A stretch of 63,344 nucleotides of DNA, filler included, from Chiloscyllium plagiosum (taxonomy: Eukaryota): NCBI RefSeq assembly GCF_004010195.1. It is 6 parts of one record of this genome, joined end to end, with 100 filler letters (N's around TTAATTAATTAA, not from the genome) between each part and the next. Parts side by side here need not be neighbours in the genome. Positions count along the whole stretch, not along the records: positions 44,868 to 50,692 come from NC_057717.1; positions 50,793 to 58,160 come from NC_057717.1; positions 58,261 to 63,344 come from NC_057717.1; 3 more parts are not named here. The stretch is one strand, 5' to 3'. Position numbers and translations under genes: made by a program. Shown here piece after piece: positions 47,600 to 61,329 of this stretch (positions are counted from its first letter, which is position 1; each line of letters opens with the position of its first letter). The notes under the pieces are model-generated. The model saw nothing but the letters and a program-made list of their open reading frames with translations, did no database searches and was not told the origin of the DNA.

Positions 47600-50500
47600 C
47601 TACCGGCCCACCCAAGTCAAACTTCCTGATCACGCCATCAAAGAACTTTAAACAAATTCATCAGGCGTGAACCTCCACTCATGCTTACTATTCGTAATCA
47701 AACCCTGTTTTCCAAATGTATCTTATCCCTCAGAATCTTCTCAAGTAATTTACCTTCCACAGATGTTAAGCTGACTGGTCTACAGTTCCCAGGCTTTATT
47801 TTTCAGTCCGTCTTGAATAAGGGTACAACATTTCCAATTTCCAGGATCTCAGTTTTGGTAAATGATGATCAAAATTATCAGCCAGGACCACCATAGCTCC
47901 TCTATGCCCTTGCAGTGTTCTTGAATATATCTGGTAAGGACGATGAGATTTATCCAACTTCAAACATTCCAGTACATCCTGGACCTCCTCTACTGTAATA
48001 TAGACTGTCCCTAAGATATCGTATTCAACTTCCCCCAAGTCCCAAGTATTCATGTCTTTCTCCACGTTAAACACAGAGGAGAAATATATTTTGAAGGCAT
48101 CACCCATCTCTTATGGTTACACACAGACGTGCTCACTTTGGTCTCTGAGTGGTCCTATTCTCTCAATCGTTCATGCTTTTCCTGTAATCTACGTAAATTA
48201 CCTCTTTGAATTCACCCTGATCTTCTCGGCCAAGGCTATCTAATAGCCCTTTATTGCTGTCCTGAATTCCTTCTTCAGTAAAGTTCTGTATCCCTTACAT
48301 ACCTCCAGGAGTTCCCTTGATCGCACCTGCCTGGAATTGAGCGACATTTCCACATTCCTTTTCAGCTCAAAGCCTCAGTAATTCTTGTCATTCAGGGTTC
48401 CCCATTCCTGTCAATTTTCCTTTCACCCTCACAGGAACATATACTGTAGATTTTGAACTCTAACTGTCTCCTATTTGCCAGAGCTCCCTTTGCTTGCAAG
48501 CAAACTATTCCAATCAACCCTACATGCTCCTGTATAAATCCATCAAAATTCATCTTGCGACAATTTAGAACTTGAACGTGTGGAGCAGTTTCATCTTCCC
48601 TCTCCATAACCATTTTAAAATCAATAGAACGATAGTCACTGGTGGCAAAATGCTCACCAACTGTCATCTACATCGCCTGTCTTGCCCTATTTCTTAAGAG
48701 TAGGTCAAATTTTGCCCCTTCCCAAACAGGACCCTCTACATAACACTTGAGGAAACTTTATTAGCACAATTACTGGATTCCATTCCATAAAATCCCTGAA
48801 AGCTCTGACAGACCCAGTCTGCCCAATTAAAACCCCTATTATGACAACATTATTGTCTCCCCTCCCTCCCTGCATATTTGTTCCTCTAATTACCATTGAC
48901 TATTTGGGGACCTATAGTACAACCCCAATAATGTCACCATCCCCTTCTTGTTTCTAAGCTCCACCCACAAAGCCTCACTGGTTGATCCTTTATATATATC
49001 ATCTCTGATCACTGCTGTGATACTCGCCTTAATCAAAAATGTAACGCCCCCTCCCCTCCTTCCACCACCTCTGTCCCTCCTAACGCGCTTTATCTTGGTA
49101 CATTAAGCTGTCAGTCCTGTCCCTCCTTTAGCCAGGTTTCTGTGATGCCTAAAATATCCCAGTCCCACGTACGTATCCACGCCCTGAGTTCATTGGCCTA
49201 ACCGGTCAGCTCTTTTGTCTTGAAATAAATGTAATTTAATGCAGCAGACATTCCTTGCTCACTGTCGTATTCTAGCCTGAACTGTCTCTCCAGCTTACTG
49301 TTTCTGATTACTGTATGTCCTTTCAGCCTTGCACTTTCCTCCATGGTCATGAGGATAACTCCACCCCCCGCCAATCTAGTTTAAACTTTCCCGTGTAGCA
49401 CGAGCAAAACTGGCTGCCAAGCTGTTGTCCCCCCCTCCATTGCATGTGCCACCTGTCCCTCTTGAACAGGTCAACTCTGTCACAGAAAAGATCACAATGA
49501 TCTAAAAGTCTGAATCCCTCCTCACTATCAATTCTTTAGTCACATATTTATCTGCCAAATCCTCCTATCCTTACCTTGACTAGCTCATGACACTGGAAGT
49601 AATCGGGAGATTACCACTGTCGAGGTCCGGGTTTTTAACTTTTCTCCAAGCTCTCTGTAATCTCTCTGTAGGACCTCATTCCTATATCTACCTGTGTCAT
49701 TTGTGCCAACGTGCACAATTACTTCTGGCTGATCATCACCCCCCCGCACACATTGAGAATGCTCTGCAGCCGATCGGAGACATCCTGGACCCTGACTCCT
49801 GAGAGGCAACACACCATCGTGGTTTCCCATTTGAGGCCACAGAATCTCCGATCTGTCCCCCTAACAATCGAATCCCCTATCTCTAAGACCCTGTTTATCT
49901 TTATCCTTTCCTGCTTCTCCCCAGAGCCAGTCATAGTGCAACAAACCTGGCTACTGCTGCTTTTCTGAACGGTCATTTCCTGAGACCCATCGACCATCCC
50001 CCAATACACACAAAATCAGTATCCAAAATGGTATACTTGCTTTTTAGAGGAATGGCCACAGGGGATTCCTGCTCTCCCTGCCTACTCCCTTTGCCATTCC
50101 TGGTGGTCGCCCAGCTACTCTCTGCCTGGAACACGACAGGACGCAATGAAAGCCTGTTGGATTAAATTCCGTTTATTTAAATCAAACAGGGCTGACAGGC
50201 AAGGATGATGAACTCAGGTAGTGAATCTTTACATGGGACTGGGATATTATAGTCTTTACAGAAACTTGGCTAAGGGAGGGACTTAGGTGTGACCATCTCA
50301 CTAAAGCTCTTATCTATGAAGTGTTCCGTTTCTGGGTGATCCGAAGAGCAGCCAGCTCCAGTTCCCGAACACGATCTCCCAAAGAGCTGCAGCTGGTTGC
50401 ACTGCCCACACGTGTAGTCATCAGGGACGGTGGGAATCTCCCTGAACTCCTACATCCTGCAGGGGGAACGTGCAACTGCTCGAACTGCCATATCAGCAGC

Positions 50501-50690
50501 TGTCATACTAGCGTTAAAAGGACTTTACCTGAGCTTACCTGTACTTTTTAGTGAGCTGCTGCTCACGGAAACCTCTCGAACCAAAACATTACTACCTACT
50601 CTGCTACGAACAGGACGTCAATAGACCACTCCACGTTTTGATTTGGTTAGGGAAAGAGGGAGACACTAGACTGATGTAGCATTTGGGCCT
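47600..50690 (-). mobile_element. CR1 LINE, paralog of 27750-31030
   Basis: IGDSIVRGTDRRFCG, VIVHVGTNDTG, VVISRLLPV; same internal inversion as the other copy. Confidence 0.88.
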
Positions 50691-50792
50691 TANNNNNNNN
50701 NNNNNNNNNNNNNNNNNNNNNNNNNNNNNNNNNNNNTTAATTAATTAANNNNNNNNNNNNNNNNNNNNNNNNNNNNNNNNNNNNNNNNNNNN

Positions 50793-51197
50793 GAGATGGG
50801 GTCTCACCAACGCCCTGTACAGCTGCAGTAAGACATGATTTCTCCTTTACTCAAATCCCCCTGAAATGAAGGTCAACACACTATTTATCTTTCTAACTGC
50901 TTTCTGCGATCACAACTAAACAATCGCAGAAGCACAGACTCCGTACTGTCAGAAGAGGAGCACGAACTACATTCGCCCTACTTTTTTACATGAAATCCGT
51001 AGCGTAACTGTTACGATACTTCAAGAGCTGGCTCAATTACATTTTAATGGTTGTGAGGTTACCCTCAGAATTCCCCTCTCAGGAAGTTTATTCATGATCC
51101 CAGCACCCTCTGGGTGAAAAACAATCTTTGAATCCTCCCTGAACCTCGAACACTTCACTTTAAAAGTGTGCTCCCCTGTTATTGACCCTCTGACTAA
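50793..51197 (-). repeat. Small contig that is a close inverted copy of ~52498-52905
   Basis: Shares the CR1/CR1 junction and the unique linker GCAGAAGCACAGACTCCGTACTGTCAGAAGAGGAGCAC. Confidence 0.85.
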
Positions 51198-51739
51198 NNN
51201 NNNNNNNNNNNNNNNNNNNNNNNNNNNNNNNNNNNNNNNNNNNNNNNNNNNNNNNNNNNNNNNNNNNNNNNNNNNNNNNNNNNNNNNNNNNNNNNNNNNN
51301 NNNNNNNNNNNNNNNNNNNNNNNNNNNNNNNNNNNNNNNNNNNNNNNNNNNNNNNNNNNNNNNNNNNNNNNNNNNNNNNNNNNNNNNNNNNNNNNNNNNN
51401 NNNNNNNNNNNNNNNNNNNNNNNNNNNNNNNNNNNNNNNNNNNNNNNNNNNNNNNNNNNNNNNNNNNNNNNNNNNNNNNNNNNNNNNNNNNNNNNNNNNN
51501 NNNNNNNNNNNNNNNNNNNNNNNNNNNNNNNNNNNNNNNNNNNNNNNNNNNNNNNNNNNNNNNNNNNNNNNNNNNNNNNNNNNNNNNNNNNNNNNNNNNN
51601 NNNNNNNNNNNNNNNNNNNNNNNNNNNNNNNNNNNNNNNNNNNNNNNNNNNNNNNNNNNNNNNNNNNNNNNNNNNNNNNNNNNNNNNNNNNNNNNNNAAG
51701 AAAGTACAATCTTATGATATCAAGGGTAACTAGGTAAGT

Positions 51740-53300
51740 GACATTCTTATTTTCTTCGTCGCTGGAGACAGAGTGTGGTGGGAGAAGGCTGTTTGTGTGT
51801 CCGTAGAGCAGTGTTCCCTGGTGTACTACAGGGATCAGTGCTGTGTCCCTTATTACTTGTGGAATTTATAAATGATTTAGACATGAATATGGAGTGGGGT
51901 GGTGGGGAGAGTGAAAAATAAATGTGTTTTTGACATACGATTGGCTGGGTGGTTGGCAGTGAGGAGGAAGTATTTATGTTAGAGTAAGGTGTGGATGGAA
52001 TGGTCAGATGGGCAGATCAATGGCAGATGGAATGTAACCCTGATAAATATGAGGTGATGCACTTTGGAAGAAGGAACCAGACAGGGGAGGACTCAATGAA
52101 TGGCAGCACACAAGGAAGCTCGGAGGGTGCTTCTCCACACATCCCTGAATGGGACTGGACAGGATAATAGGTTATTTAAGAAATCACAGGCGACTATCGG
52201 CATAGCCATTATTCATCGAGACACAGATTGTAAAAGCTATACAGGACTTTGGTTAAGCTAATATGGAATACTGTGTGCAGTTCTGGGAGCTGCATTACAG
52301 GAAGGATGTGATTGCACTGTGGGTGTTGCAGAGGAGATTCATCAGGATCTTCCCTGGGATGGAGAATATCAGCTATGAGAGAGGCTGAATAAACCCGGCT
52401 TGTTTAGTTTTCTGCAGATAAAGCTGAGGGGAATATGATTCAGTAGGATAAGATTACGTGGGGAATGGACCGGGTGGATCGACATCAGGCATTCCTTTTA
52501 GTCAGAGGGTCAATAACAGGGGAGCACACTTTTAAAGTGAAGTGTTTGAGGTTCAGGGAGGATTCAAAGATTGTTTTTCACCCAGAGGGTGCTGGGTTCA
52601 GGAATAAACTTCCTGAGAGGGGAATTCTGATGGGTACCGTCACAACCATTAAAATGTAATTGAGCCAGCTCTTGAAATATCATAACAGTTACGCTACGGA
52701 TTTCATGTAAAAAAAGTAGGGCGAATGTTGTTGGTGCTCCTCTTCTGACAGTACGGAGTCTGTGCTTCTGCGATTGTTTGGTTGTGATCATAGAAAGCAG
52801 TTAGAAAGATAAATAGTGTGTTGACCTTCATTTCAGGGGGATTTGAGTAAAGGAGAAAGCATGTCTTACTGCAGCTGTACAGGGCATTGGTGAGACCCCA
52901 TCTCGAACATTGTGCAGTATTGTGTGTAGTTTTGGTCTCCTTATCTAATAAAGGACAAACCTGACTTTGAGGGCGAGCAACGAAGGACGACCAGATGATC
53001 TCTGGAATGACAGGCTGGCTGTGGAACCAGAGTTTGGGGCGACTGGACATGTGTTTCATGAGGTTTAGGAAAATGAGTGGAGATCTTAGTGAAATATATA
53101 AAATTCCGATATGGCGAGACAGTGTGGAAGCAGGGATGTCTAAATAAAGGGGCCACAGTATTAGGTTCAGACAGGCCACTGCACATTAAGATGAGAATAA
53201 ATCTCTGTACTCAAAGACTGGCGAACCTCAAGAATTCTTGACAACACAAGATTGTGGAAGATAAGGCACTGAACATAAATAAGGATTTCAAGACTAAAGG
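51740..53300 (+). mobile_element. Two degenerate CR1 3' fragments
   Basis: GVLQGSVL, WADQWQMECNPDKYEVMHFG, LYRALVRPHLE remnants. Confidence 0.75.
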
Positions 53301-53399
53301 AATGCCTGGATGATGCAGGACGGCAGAGCAAAGATCCAATCTGCTTGTATTGGGATCATTGCACACTCTACATTAGATGTTAGTTCTGCTGTTTAGAAT

Positions 53400-56215
53400 G
53401 TAACCAGTCAAGTGCGGTAGTTTCAATGGGTTGTCATCAGGTTTAAGTACACATGGTTCTGACTCTGGCATGTTCACCCACACTCGTCACTGAACCATAG
53501 ATCGGCTTGATGGTTATGGTAGACTGAGGGATTATCCCAGTGAAAAAGTTACAGATTATGTTTGAATACAATTCTGCTGCTGCTGCTGAGATCTAGAGCA
53601 CCACATGAATGCCCAGTTTGAACTGAAATATCTGTAATTCAATTCTACTGACTGTCCTCAAGTTAACACCAAGACTCATGCACTCATTAGCCTTGTACTC
53701 AGTGACCTAACCTGTTTTTCTGATTTGGTAAGGCTTCCATTTTCATATTATCATTCTTAGGGTCTCTCCCTAGTGTCACACTTCCAATTTGTTACATTAC
53801 TCAAACACTTTAACATATTCATTTGAATCTTTTCCATTCCCATAATACCATCATCTGTGTATGATGTGAATGTGTTTCCCTCTGGTTTTGTCCCTGACCA
53901 TGAGGAAGTGTGCTGTCATGTCAGTGATGCCAGCCTTATATAGCTTCAGAGCCAATGGATTTGTGCACGTGGTGTGATCGTTTAATTCCTGGTGGAGGAT
54001 GCTCCATGTTGGACAGAGCTTTTAAGAATCTTTTACACATGTCTGTGGAACTTGATCAAAAGCAGAAATTGCTGAAGAAACTTAGCAGGTGTGGCAGCAT
54101 TTTCTGGAGTGAAAGTAGAGTTGATTTTTCATGAACAGTGACCCTTCTACAAAGCTCTAGCAGTTTCTCCAGCAATATTTGTATCTTTGTTTCCAGTGTC
54201 CATAGTTATTTGTTTAATTGAAAATTTGTGCCTATTCAATTCGGGAGAAAGTCAACAGGTGTGGCCGCATCTATAGAGCCAGCGAAACAGAATTAGCGTT
54301 TCAAGTCCAGTGTGACACTTCTTCAGAACTGAAAATAATTTTAAAATTGGCTTTTTAATACCTTGACAGAGGTGGGGTTTGTGTGACGGGTGAAAAAAAG
54401 ATGTGGTAGAAGATAAATGGGCTTTTAAAAGTGGTGAACGAGAGAATGATGTGAAACGGATTTAAGTTAAGTTGTGATGGATGAAAGCTGTTTTCTCTAT
54501 TAGGTGCTAGAGAAGGAAGACACAACCAGCAAGGTCATGGGAAGACCAGGAGGGAGAACGCATGAAAATTGAAGAACAGCCATAATGGGGTCAGGCTGTG
54601 AAGTTATGAAATTGTAAATTAACTCCTACAGGCTGTAACATACAAAAGTGTAAAGTGGGGTATTAGTCAAGCTTGGGTTGTGCTTCATTTGAACATTGCA
54701 GTAGCCCAGGACTGAAATGTTAGTATGAGATCAAGGAAGGTTCTTGAAATAGGAAACAAGAAGAGAGTTAGAGTTATTCCAACAGACAGAGTAGAAATGT
54801 TCCTCAGTGCAGTCTCTGTTCGGTTCCCCTCAGTGTAAAGGAGACTGCATTGTGGGCAGCAATGACAGGAGACCGGATTGAAAGAGTACAAGTGAAATGC
54901 TGTTTCACCTGGGAGGTGTGATTGGGGCCTTGGACAGTGAGGAGGGAAGAGGTGAATGGGCAAGTTTTTCAGCTTTTCATTTGCATGGAAAGGTGCCATG
55001 GGGGAGTGGGGAAATATTCGGGGTGATGGAGGGTTCCCGTGTGAAATACTGAAAGTGGAGGGGAGGGGAAGATGTGTTTGATGGTGCTGTCCTGTTGGAG
55101 GTGGTGAAACTGGCGGAAGTTGATTACGTGAATGTGGATTCTAGTGCAGTGGGAAGTGAGGACGCGGGGAGGTCTATCATTGCTCTGGGAAGAAGGGGCT
55201 GGGAGAAGCTGGGAGATGGGACAATGACAGTTGAAGGCCCGGTCCACTGGAGTTAGGGGATTTCTGATTTGAGGGAAAAGGTGGTCACGTCAGCGGCAGA
55301 TCATTGGAATGTGGTATCATCAACCAGAAACAACAAAGATAGAGAAACTGGGAGAATTGAGTCAGCCTCCGCTGGTCATGTGTTCATCCACATGCAGAAG
55401 TTCCACCTGAATAATTGTAACGAACCAGACATTTAAATTGAAGATTTCTGTCTCACATCTGGTTAGTGGGTGTTCAAAAACAAGGACTCGATAAGAAGAT
55501 GAACTAAAAGCTGTTAAAGATATTGATGAGCATTAGTGTCGGGCCTGATTTCGGAAGTTTATTTCAGGGACCATAAACAGATGCTCGGCATGAATTTCAA
55601 CTGTGCTTCCTGAATTAACCCACAGGAACCCCTGCCATTGCTGCTCTATCTTCTTCCCTTCTCATCACTTCTTCCTGATTCCAGGTTCCCCCTCTCCAAT
55701 GAGAGAACACATTCTCTCACAATATAGGAAGAGGGGAGAAAATACATGATGTAGTAAATTGGCAAGAAACAGAAAAGCAAGCATTCTGAGCTTTTCCGTA
55801 ATATGAAACAAAATTTTCAAGATGGGTGTGTGACCTTAGGGAGAAAGAAAGTGAGGAATGTATATTTAGGACATTTGGAAGGTGTGGATTGGAAACTGGC
55901 TACTGGGAACAGGCAGGTAATTTACACCAGTATTTTACATCATACCTAACAGGGGTAGGTGCTGTAACTATTGCAACGATATAAACAAAATGATAATAGG
56001 AGGGAAGTTTTGAATTATCTCTAACAAAAGGAAGAAGGTTTTTAACAAACAGATAAGGCTAAGGGTAGCCAGGTCAGCAGTAATTCATAGCTGATTTTTA
56101 AGGCAACACTTACAGAGTGACTGGTGGCACCATGCGAAATATTCCACAACTGTCTGGATTACAAGGGTGTTCCAGTGAAACTGGAGACCCTATAATGTGA
56201 CACCTGTCTTCAAGA
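53400..56215 (-). repeat. Segmental unit X, copy 3 (inverted)
   Basis: Reverse complement is colinear with 11540-14990 and 2870-3400. Confidence 0.8.
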
Positions 56216-57330
56216 AAGGAACGAGACAGAAATCTGGAACCATTTAGCCTCACCATTATTGCTGGGAATCTGCGAGTCTGTTCGTGCAGAAGGAATTGCA
56301 GGGCATTTAGAAAAGCTTCACACAGAGTCAGCATGGTTCTGTGAAAGGGAAACTATATTTTGCCTGTAAAATCATGTAATTTATTTTCAGGAGATCCCTG
56401 AGAATATAACAACCGGAAGTGATGAAAGGGGGACTCGTAGACATGAGGCTTTCCATAGATTTTCCACGAGATATCACAAAATGAAGGTTCGTACACAAGA
56501 CAGAATCTCATAGTATAGTGGATATTATATTAGCATAGGATGAAGGTTGGTTAACACATAGAAATCTGAGAGTCAGGATTAATCGATCTTTATGTCAAAG
56601 ATGTGTCCACTGGATTGCCACAATTATCAGTCCAATGGCTTCAGTTATTGACAATCTATACTGATAGCCTGATGGAGAGAGCTGAGTGCAATATACATCC
56701 GAGTTTGGGGATGACACTGAGAACCAAAAGGCAGGCTGTTATTTAATGAAGAGGATTCCCAAACTAAAGATCAGTACAAAAGGATTGGGGTGTTCCTGTG
56801 TATGAACCATAATGTCAGCATATTGATGCAGCAAGTAACTAGTTTAGTTCATTGGGCAGGTTCCTGGGATGAAAGGGTTGAATTATTGAGTACATCAAAA
56901 ATGGTGAGGCGTTTATTAATTGTGGTTGAAATGAATGAGGGTGATATTACTGAAATGTACAAGATACAGAGGGGGCTTAACAATGTAGATGTTGAGAATA
57001 TGGTTCCACACCTGGGCAGAGTTTCGAACTCGGGGACATAGATACAGAATAAGGGATGTTGATTTCAAACTGGGATGTAATGAACTGCCTTCTCTCAGAA
57101 GGTGGTGAATATCCAGAATTTGCTAACGCAGAGAGTTGTGGAGGCTGGCACACTGAATGTATTTACAGACAGGATGGATTGGTTTTTGACATATCAGCGA
57201 GTTGAGGGATACAAGGGATTAGCAGGAAAGTGGAGTTGAGCCGTGGAGTAGATCAGCCATGCTATTATTGAATGACAGTAGGCTCGAGGTCCCGATGGCC
57301 TACTCCTATTCCCATTTCTTACGTTCTTAT
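56140..57330 (+). mobile_element. Highly degenerate CR1-type LINE
   Basis: Remnants of VTPVFKKG and FGDDT motifs and a CR1 3' UTR. Confidence 0.6.
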
Positions 57331-57849
57331 ATAATATGCTTTTGGAAAATAACTGGTTGGCCTCGATCTGCTCCTGTGTAGCAGGTCCGAAGGGCTGAAT
57401 GGAACTTCAGAAGACAGTGCTGAGGGACAAGAGGGGGCTATTCAGTGTTTTGACACTACTACCCCAGCAAATAAGGTCGTGGATCATCTCATTGTGGTCC
57501 GAGGTGCACTTTTCTCTCCATGCACCATTATCCCTGATTCACCTGTCTATAGAAAATCAGACAAAGCCAGCCTCGATATAATATAAAGGTTCAGCTATCC
57601 CAAACTTCTGAGAAAGAGAATTCCCACTTGAATGAAATCCCACTTTGTGATTTTTTTCCTCACTCCTGTTCCGACTGAGGTTGGAGGGTGTCACTGTTTC
57701 CTTTTCTAGTCCCACTCCTCCACTGCTCACAACAAATTTAAATGTAACCGCGTTGATGATATGACCGATTATAAAGGTCTCAGACTGGATCAGGTTTAGT
57801 GATAGGAACAAGTCAGGCAGACTTCTTGCATCAGCCGCAAGTAACTAAT

Positions 57850-58160
57850 AGGATGAGCAGAAGGATCTTGGTGTCCATGTACACAGATCGCTGAAAGTTG
57901 CCACCCAGGTAAATAGTGTGGTGAAGAAGGCATATGGCGTACTGGCTTTTATTGGTAGAGGAATTGAGTTCTGGAGCCCTGAGGTCATGTTGCAGTTGTA
58001 TAAGACTCTGGTGCGGCCGCATCTGGAGTATTGTGTGCAGTTTTGGTCGCCATACTATAGGAAGGATGGGGAGGCACTGGAACGGGTGCAGAGGAGGATT
58101 ACCAGGATGTTGCCTGGTATGGTAGAAAGATCGTATGAGGAAAAGCTGAGGCACTTGGGG
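57850..58160 (+). mobile_element. Young CR1 3' ORF2 fragment, cut by a spacer
   Basis: KKAYGVLAFIGRGIE...LYKTLVRPHLEYCVQFWSP. Confidence 0.9.
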
Positions 58161-61100
58161 NNNNNNNNNNNNNNNNNNNNNNNNNNNNNNNNNNNNNNNN
58201 NNNNTTAATTAATTAANNNNNNNNNNNNNNNNNNNNNNNNNNNNNNNNNNNNNNNNNNNNAGGTTTAACAAGGCCAGCTTTCGACCTTCTACTCTCCAAG
58301 GAAAACTGTCCCAATTTTCCAAATAACCTTTATTGTTGATATTCCTCAGATACCAGACCATTCCCATAAACTTGTTCAGCGCTGTTTCCAATCCTTTCCC
58401 GTCCCCACTTCCTAAAGGTTCAAACCCAGAACTGTGCAAACATCCAGATGGTGGAATTATTCAGAGTGGGATTGTGGGGGTGAACATCCTGAAACACTTG
58501 TTTCAGTTTCACCGCATGTGGTACTGTGCCATGCTCACTACCATGATACTTATTACCCCTGAACTCAACGTTATTTCAAGGGGTGCTACTTCATGATTTA
58601 CACCTTGGTTTTATCAAACAGTTGATAGGGCGACCGAGCAAAGTGAAATCAAGCAACCAAGACTCGATAGCGACCTGAAGTAAGAAATTCTCACATGCCA
58701 GTATTAACTCAATCTACTAAGCGACGATCATGCTCCTAGACAAGTGACATTCTTACGTTTCCAACACCAAACCAGCTCAAAGTCGCTCATATCTAACTAC
58801 ATTACACTTTGCTCTCGGATTTCTAAGCTCCAAAGAGTTTCAAGAATATTGCCTTCTTATTCCGTCTCCTTGTTCACGGGACAGTGCTGTTTATCTCTTC
58901 TGCTTGGACTCCATCGGCAGAGTATTCAGCTATTTCCCTCCAATGGTAGGCAGTGTGAAGGGAGGCAAGCGTGGATGTGCTCTCAAGCTTGCTCTGATCG
59001 ACACAGCCAGTTCCATCAAGTGCTGGAAATCAGCAAGTTTGTTTGGGAACTTCCTGCAAATGTCATTTATCTGAGAGTTGTCTCTTAGGAAAGACAGAAT
59101 GTACTCCGGATTCTCTACCCTAGGTAAATTCATGTGAGGGCATTTTTTGTGCAGCCTGTTTGCTGTTCAGAATCCATCTTCACAGCAATCCTGCAGGAAG
59201 GCTTTGTAACAGTGACATCAGTTTCTATGCTGCAATCGTGCAGCAGTTAACATCTGTCCCAGATGAAGAGAATGCGAATTATACCCTCAGTCACTGAGAG
59301 TCATCCCCACGGCCCTGAGCTGCGGGGCTGCAGACAGTCTAACGCGGAAGAGAGGGTTAAAATGAAACATTGTTTCACCATCTCTGTCCCAGGGACAGGA
59401 GGAGGGGCAGCATCAACGTGTGGCGTCACTCACGCGCCGGCAGAAGCTGTTCAACCCATCGAGTCCTGGGCGACTCTCTGTAGCTTGTATATCTCTGTGG
59501 TTATTCATAATTGGCGATCTATGTCCTAATAATGCGGAACTGTGTTAGTGTCATAATGCTGTCTCCAACAAATTGATCGAATTGTCACTCACGGCTTTAC
59601 ATTTCACGGGGAGGACACAGCTGTTCGAACCAGCGTAGGGAATAACTGCAGGGCGTCATGCGCATAGAGCACTCTACAACTGATATACCTCACCTTCACC
59701 AGTTTATTCCCAGCTCTGGCAAATGGTTTTGCGAATCAGATCAGAGCAAACCGACAGAGAACAGGAAAAGAGTTTCCAGACCTTCACAAGCGTGTTTCCT
59801 CACCTGTGTAAATTTAGCGGGTGTATCAGTACGAAATATTCATTTCAGATACATTGAGTGAAAGGAAGCGGAAAGTGAAACAACATGCAATACGTAGAAT
59901 GGAGCTATGTTATATAGGAACACTAGCGGAGACAGTACAAACACTGAAACCTGGAATTGTCAACAGAGGATGTTTTCAATCCATTAATTTCGGGGTTATG
60001 AGCCCAATACGCTCCCGCTGGGCTGCTCTGTTAGCGCTGACCACAGCAGTTTCCCGCAGTCTTCAGCTTTCGTCTGGCGTGTGGCATGGCAATCAGTGTC
60101 GTGGGAGAGAAACGTGAACGCGCTCTTCAGCTCCATATGAAACACGGGTTTGGGGTTCGGGGAGGCGGCTAGAGGGAGTGGGAGTTATGCAAATTCTGGA
60201 AAGCTGTACAAAAGGGAGATTGCACATGCACAGGAACCCATCTTCTTTTGGGAACCTTGTGCAAATAACGCCATCTGAAACAGAATATTCTGAAGCAGAA
60301 CTGCAGGGAAAGAGAGAGTCTCTCCCAGTCATCGGGAACTGTGTCTGTGTCCTCCTCGAAGTTACAGCAAGGGCTCTGCTGTCTGAATCAGCATGGGATG
60401 TTACTGCAGCATATCCTGTCGCTTAGGCGCACTGCACCTGATATGTATAAGCTTTATCACGTTACCCCAAGCTCAGAGAATAAATGTCACAGCTCACATC
60501 ATCCCAGAGTGACAGGGAACAGAAGAAATCGTTTCAGACCATCATCTTTACACCCCTGGGAAGAAAACGGATGTCGGAGTGCAGACAATCTCGACTAGTG
60601 CTGTTGTTGTTGTCTGTGTGACAACAAGAGCAGGTACCAGGAAATGTTTATCTTGCTTCTTGAAGCTTTGCAGAGCATAGACACATCTATCTGCTGTTAG
60701 TGAAATGATGAACAGCAGAGTACAGTTCACAGAGTATGGTTAGCCCTCTGGGTTATGGCTCAGCACTCTCCAACTGTGACCCTCTGCTCACAGGATTTGA
60801 ACACAAACAAATGACTCAGTGACAAATTCTGTTGAAACAGATTCTGTGAGGAATTGAAAGCGATGGAATGAAAAGCCGCTTGAGAGCGGGATGTAACATT
60901 ATCTGTGAAGGGATTGTTTTCCAGAATGGAGGAGACTGCACAGTGCTGTTTCCATGGGTCGATATCAGGATAGATAGATTGAAACAGCGTCGGATGTCAT
61001 TGTAGGGAGCCCTGTCGCTTAGACACACTGCACCTTTTGTACAATGGTGCAAAAGCACGGACCTTTTCTGTAGAGAGGACAACTTCAAAATCGTTAATGC

Positions 61101-61329
61101 GGCAAAATTCACAAATATGTGAAACAACAAAGCAACCACAGAAATTGGTGTTACGTGACGGGGTAAACCCCTCTGCAAATGTAAACCGACAAAACAGAAA
61201 GAATACAGTACGGGGTGAATCCTGTTAAAATTCAAGAGGCAAAGAACTACTCCAAAAATCACTATTTAAAGTTAAAAATAACAACTTTTTTTAACATTTG
61301 ACAGAGAATAATCAACTTATAACTTATTC

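Larger units (their letters stand above)
43140..50690. repeat. Inverted paralog of 27750-37200 (GPCR intron-1 segmental duplication)
   Basis: Reverse-complement colinearity, e.g. 43200-43290 vs 37065-37155, 43690-43790 vs 36840-36945, 46880-47390 vs 31000-31510, 50300-50630 vs 27750-28100. Confidence 0.85.
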
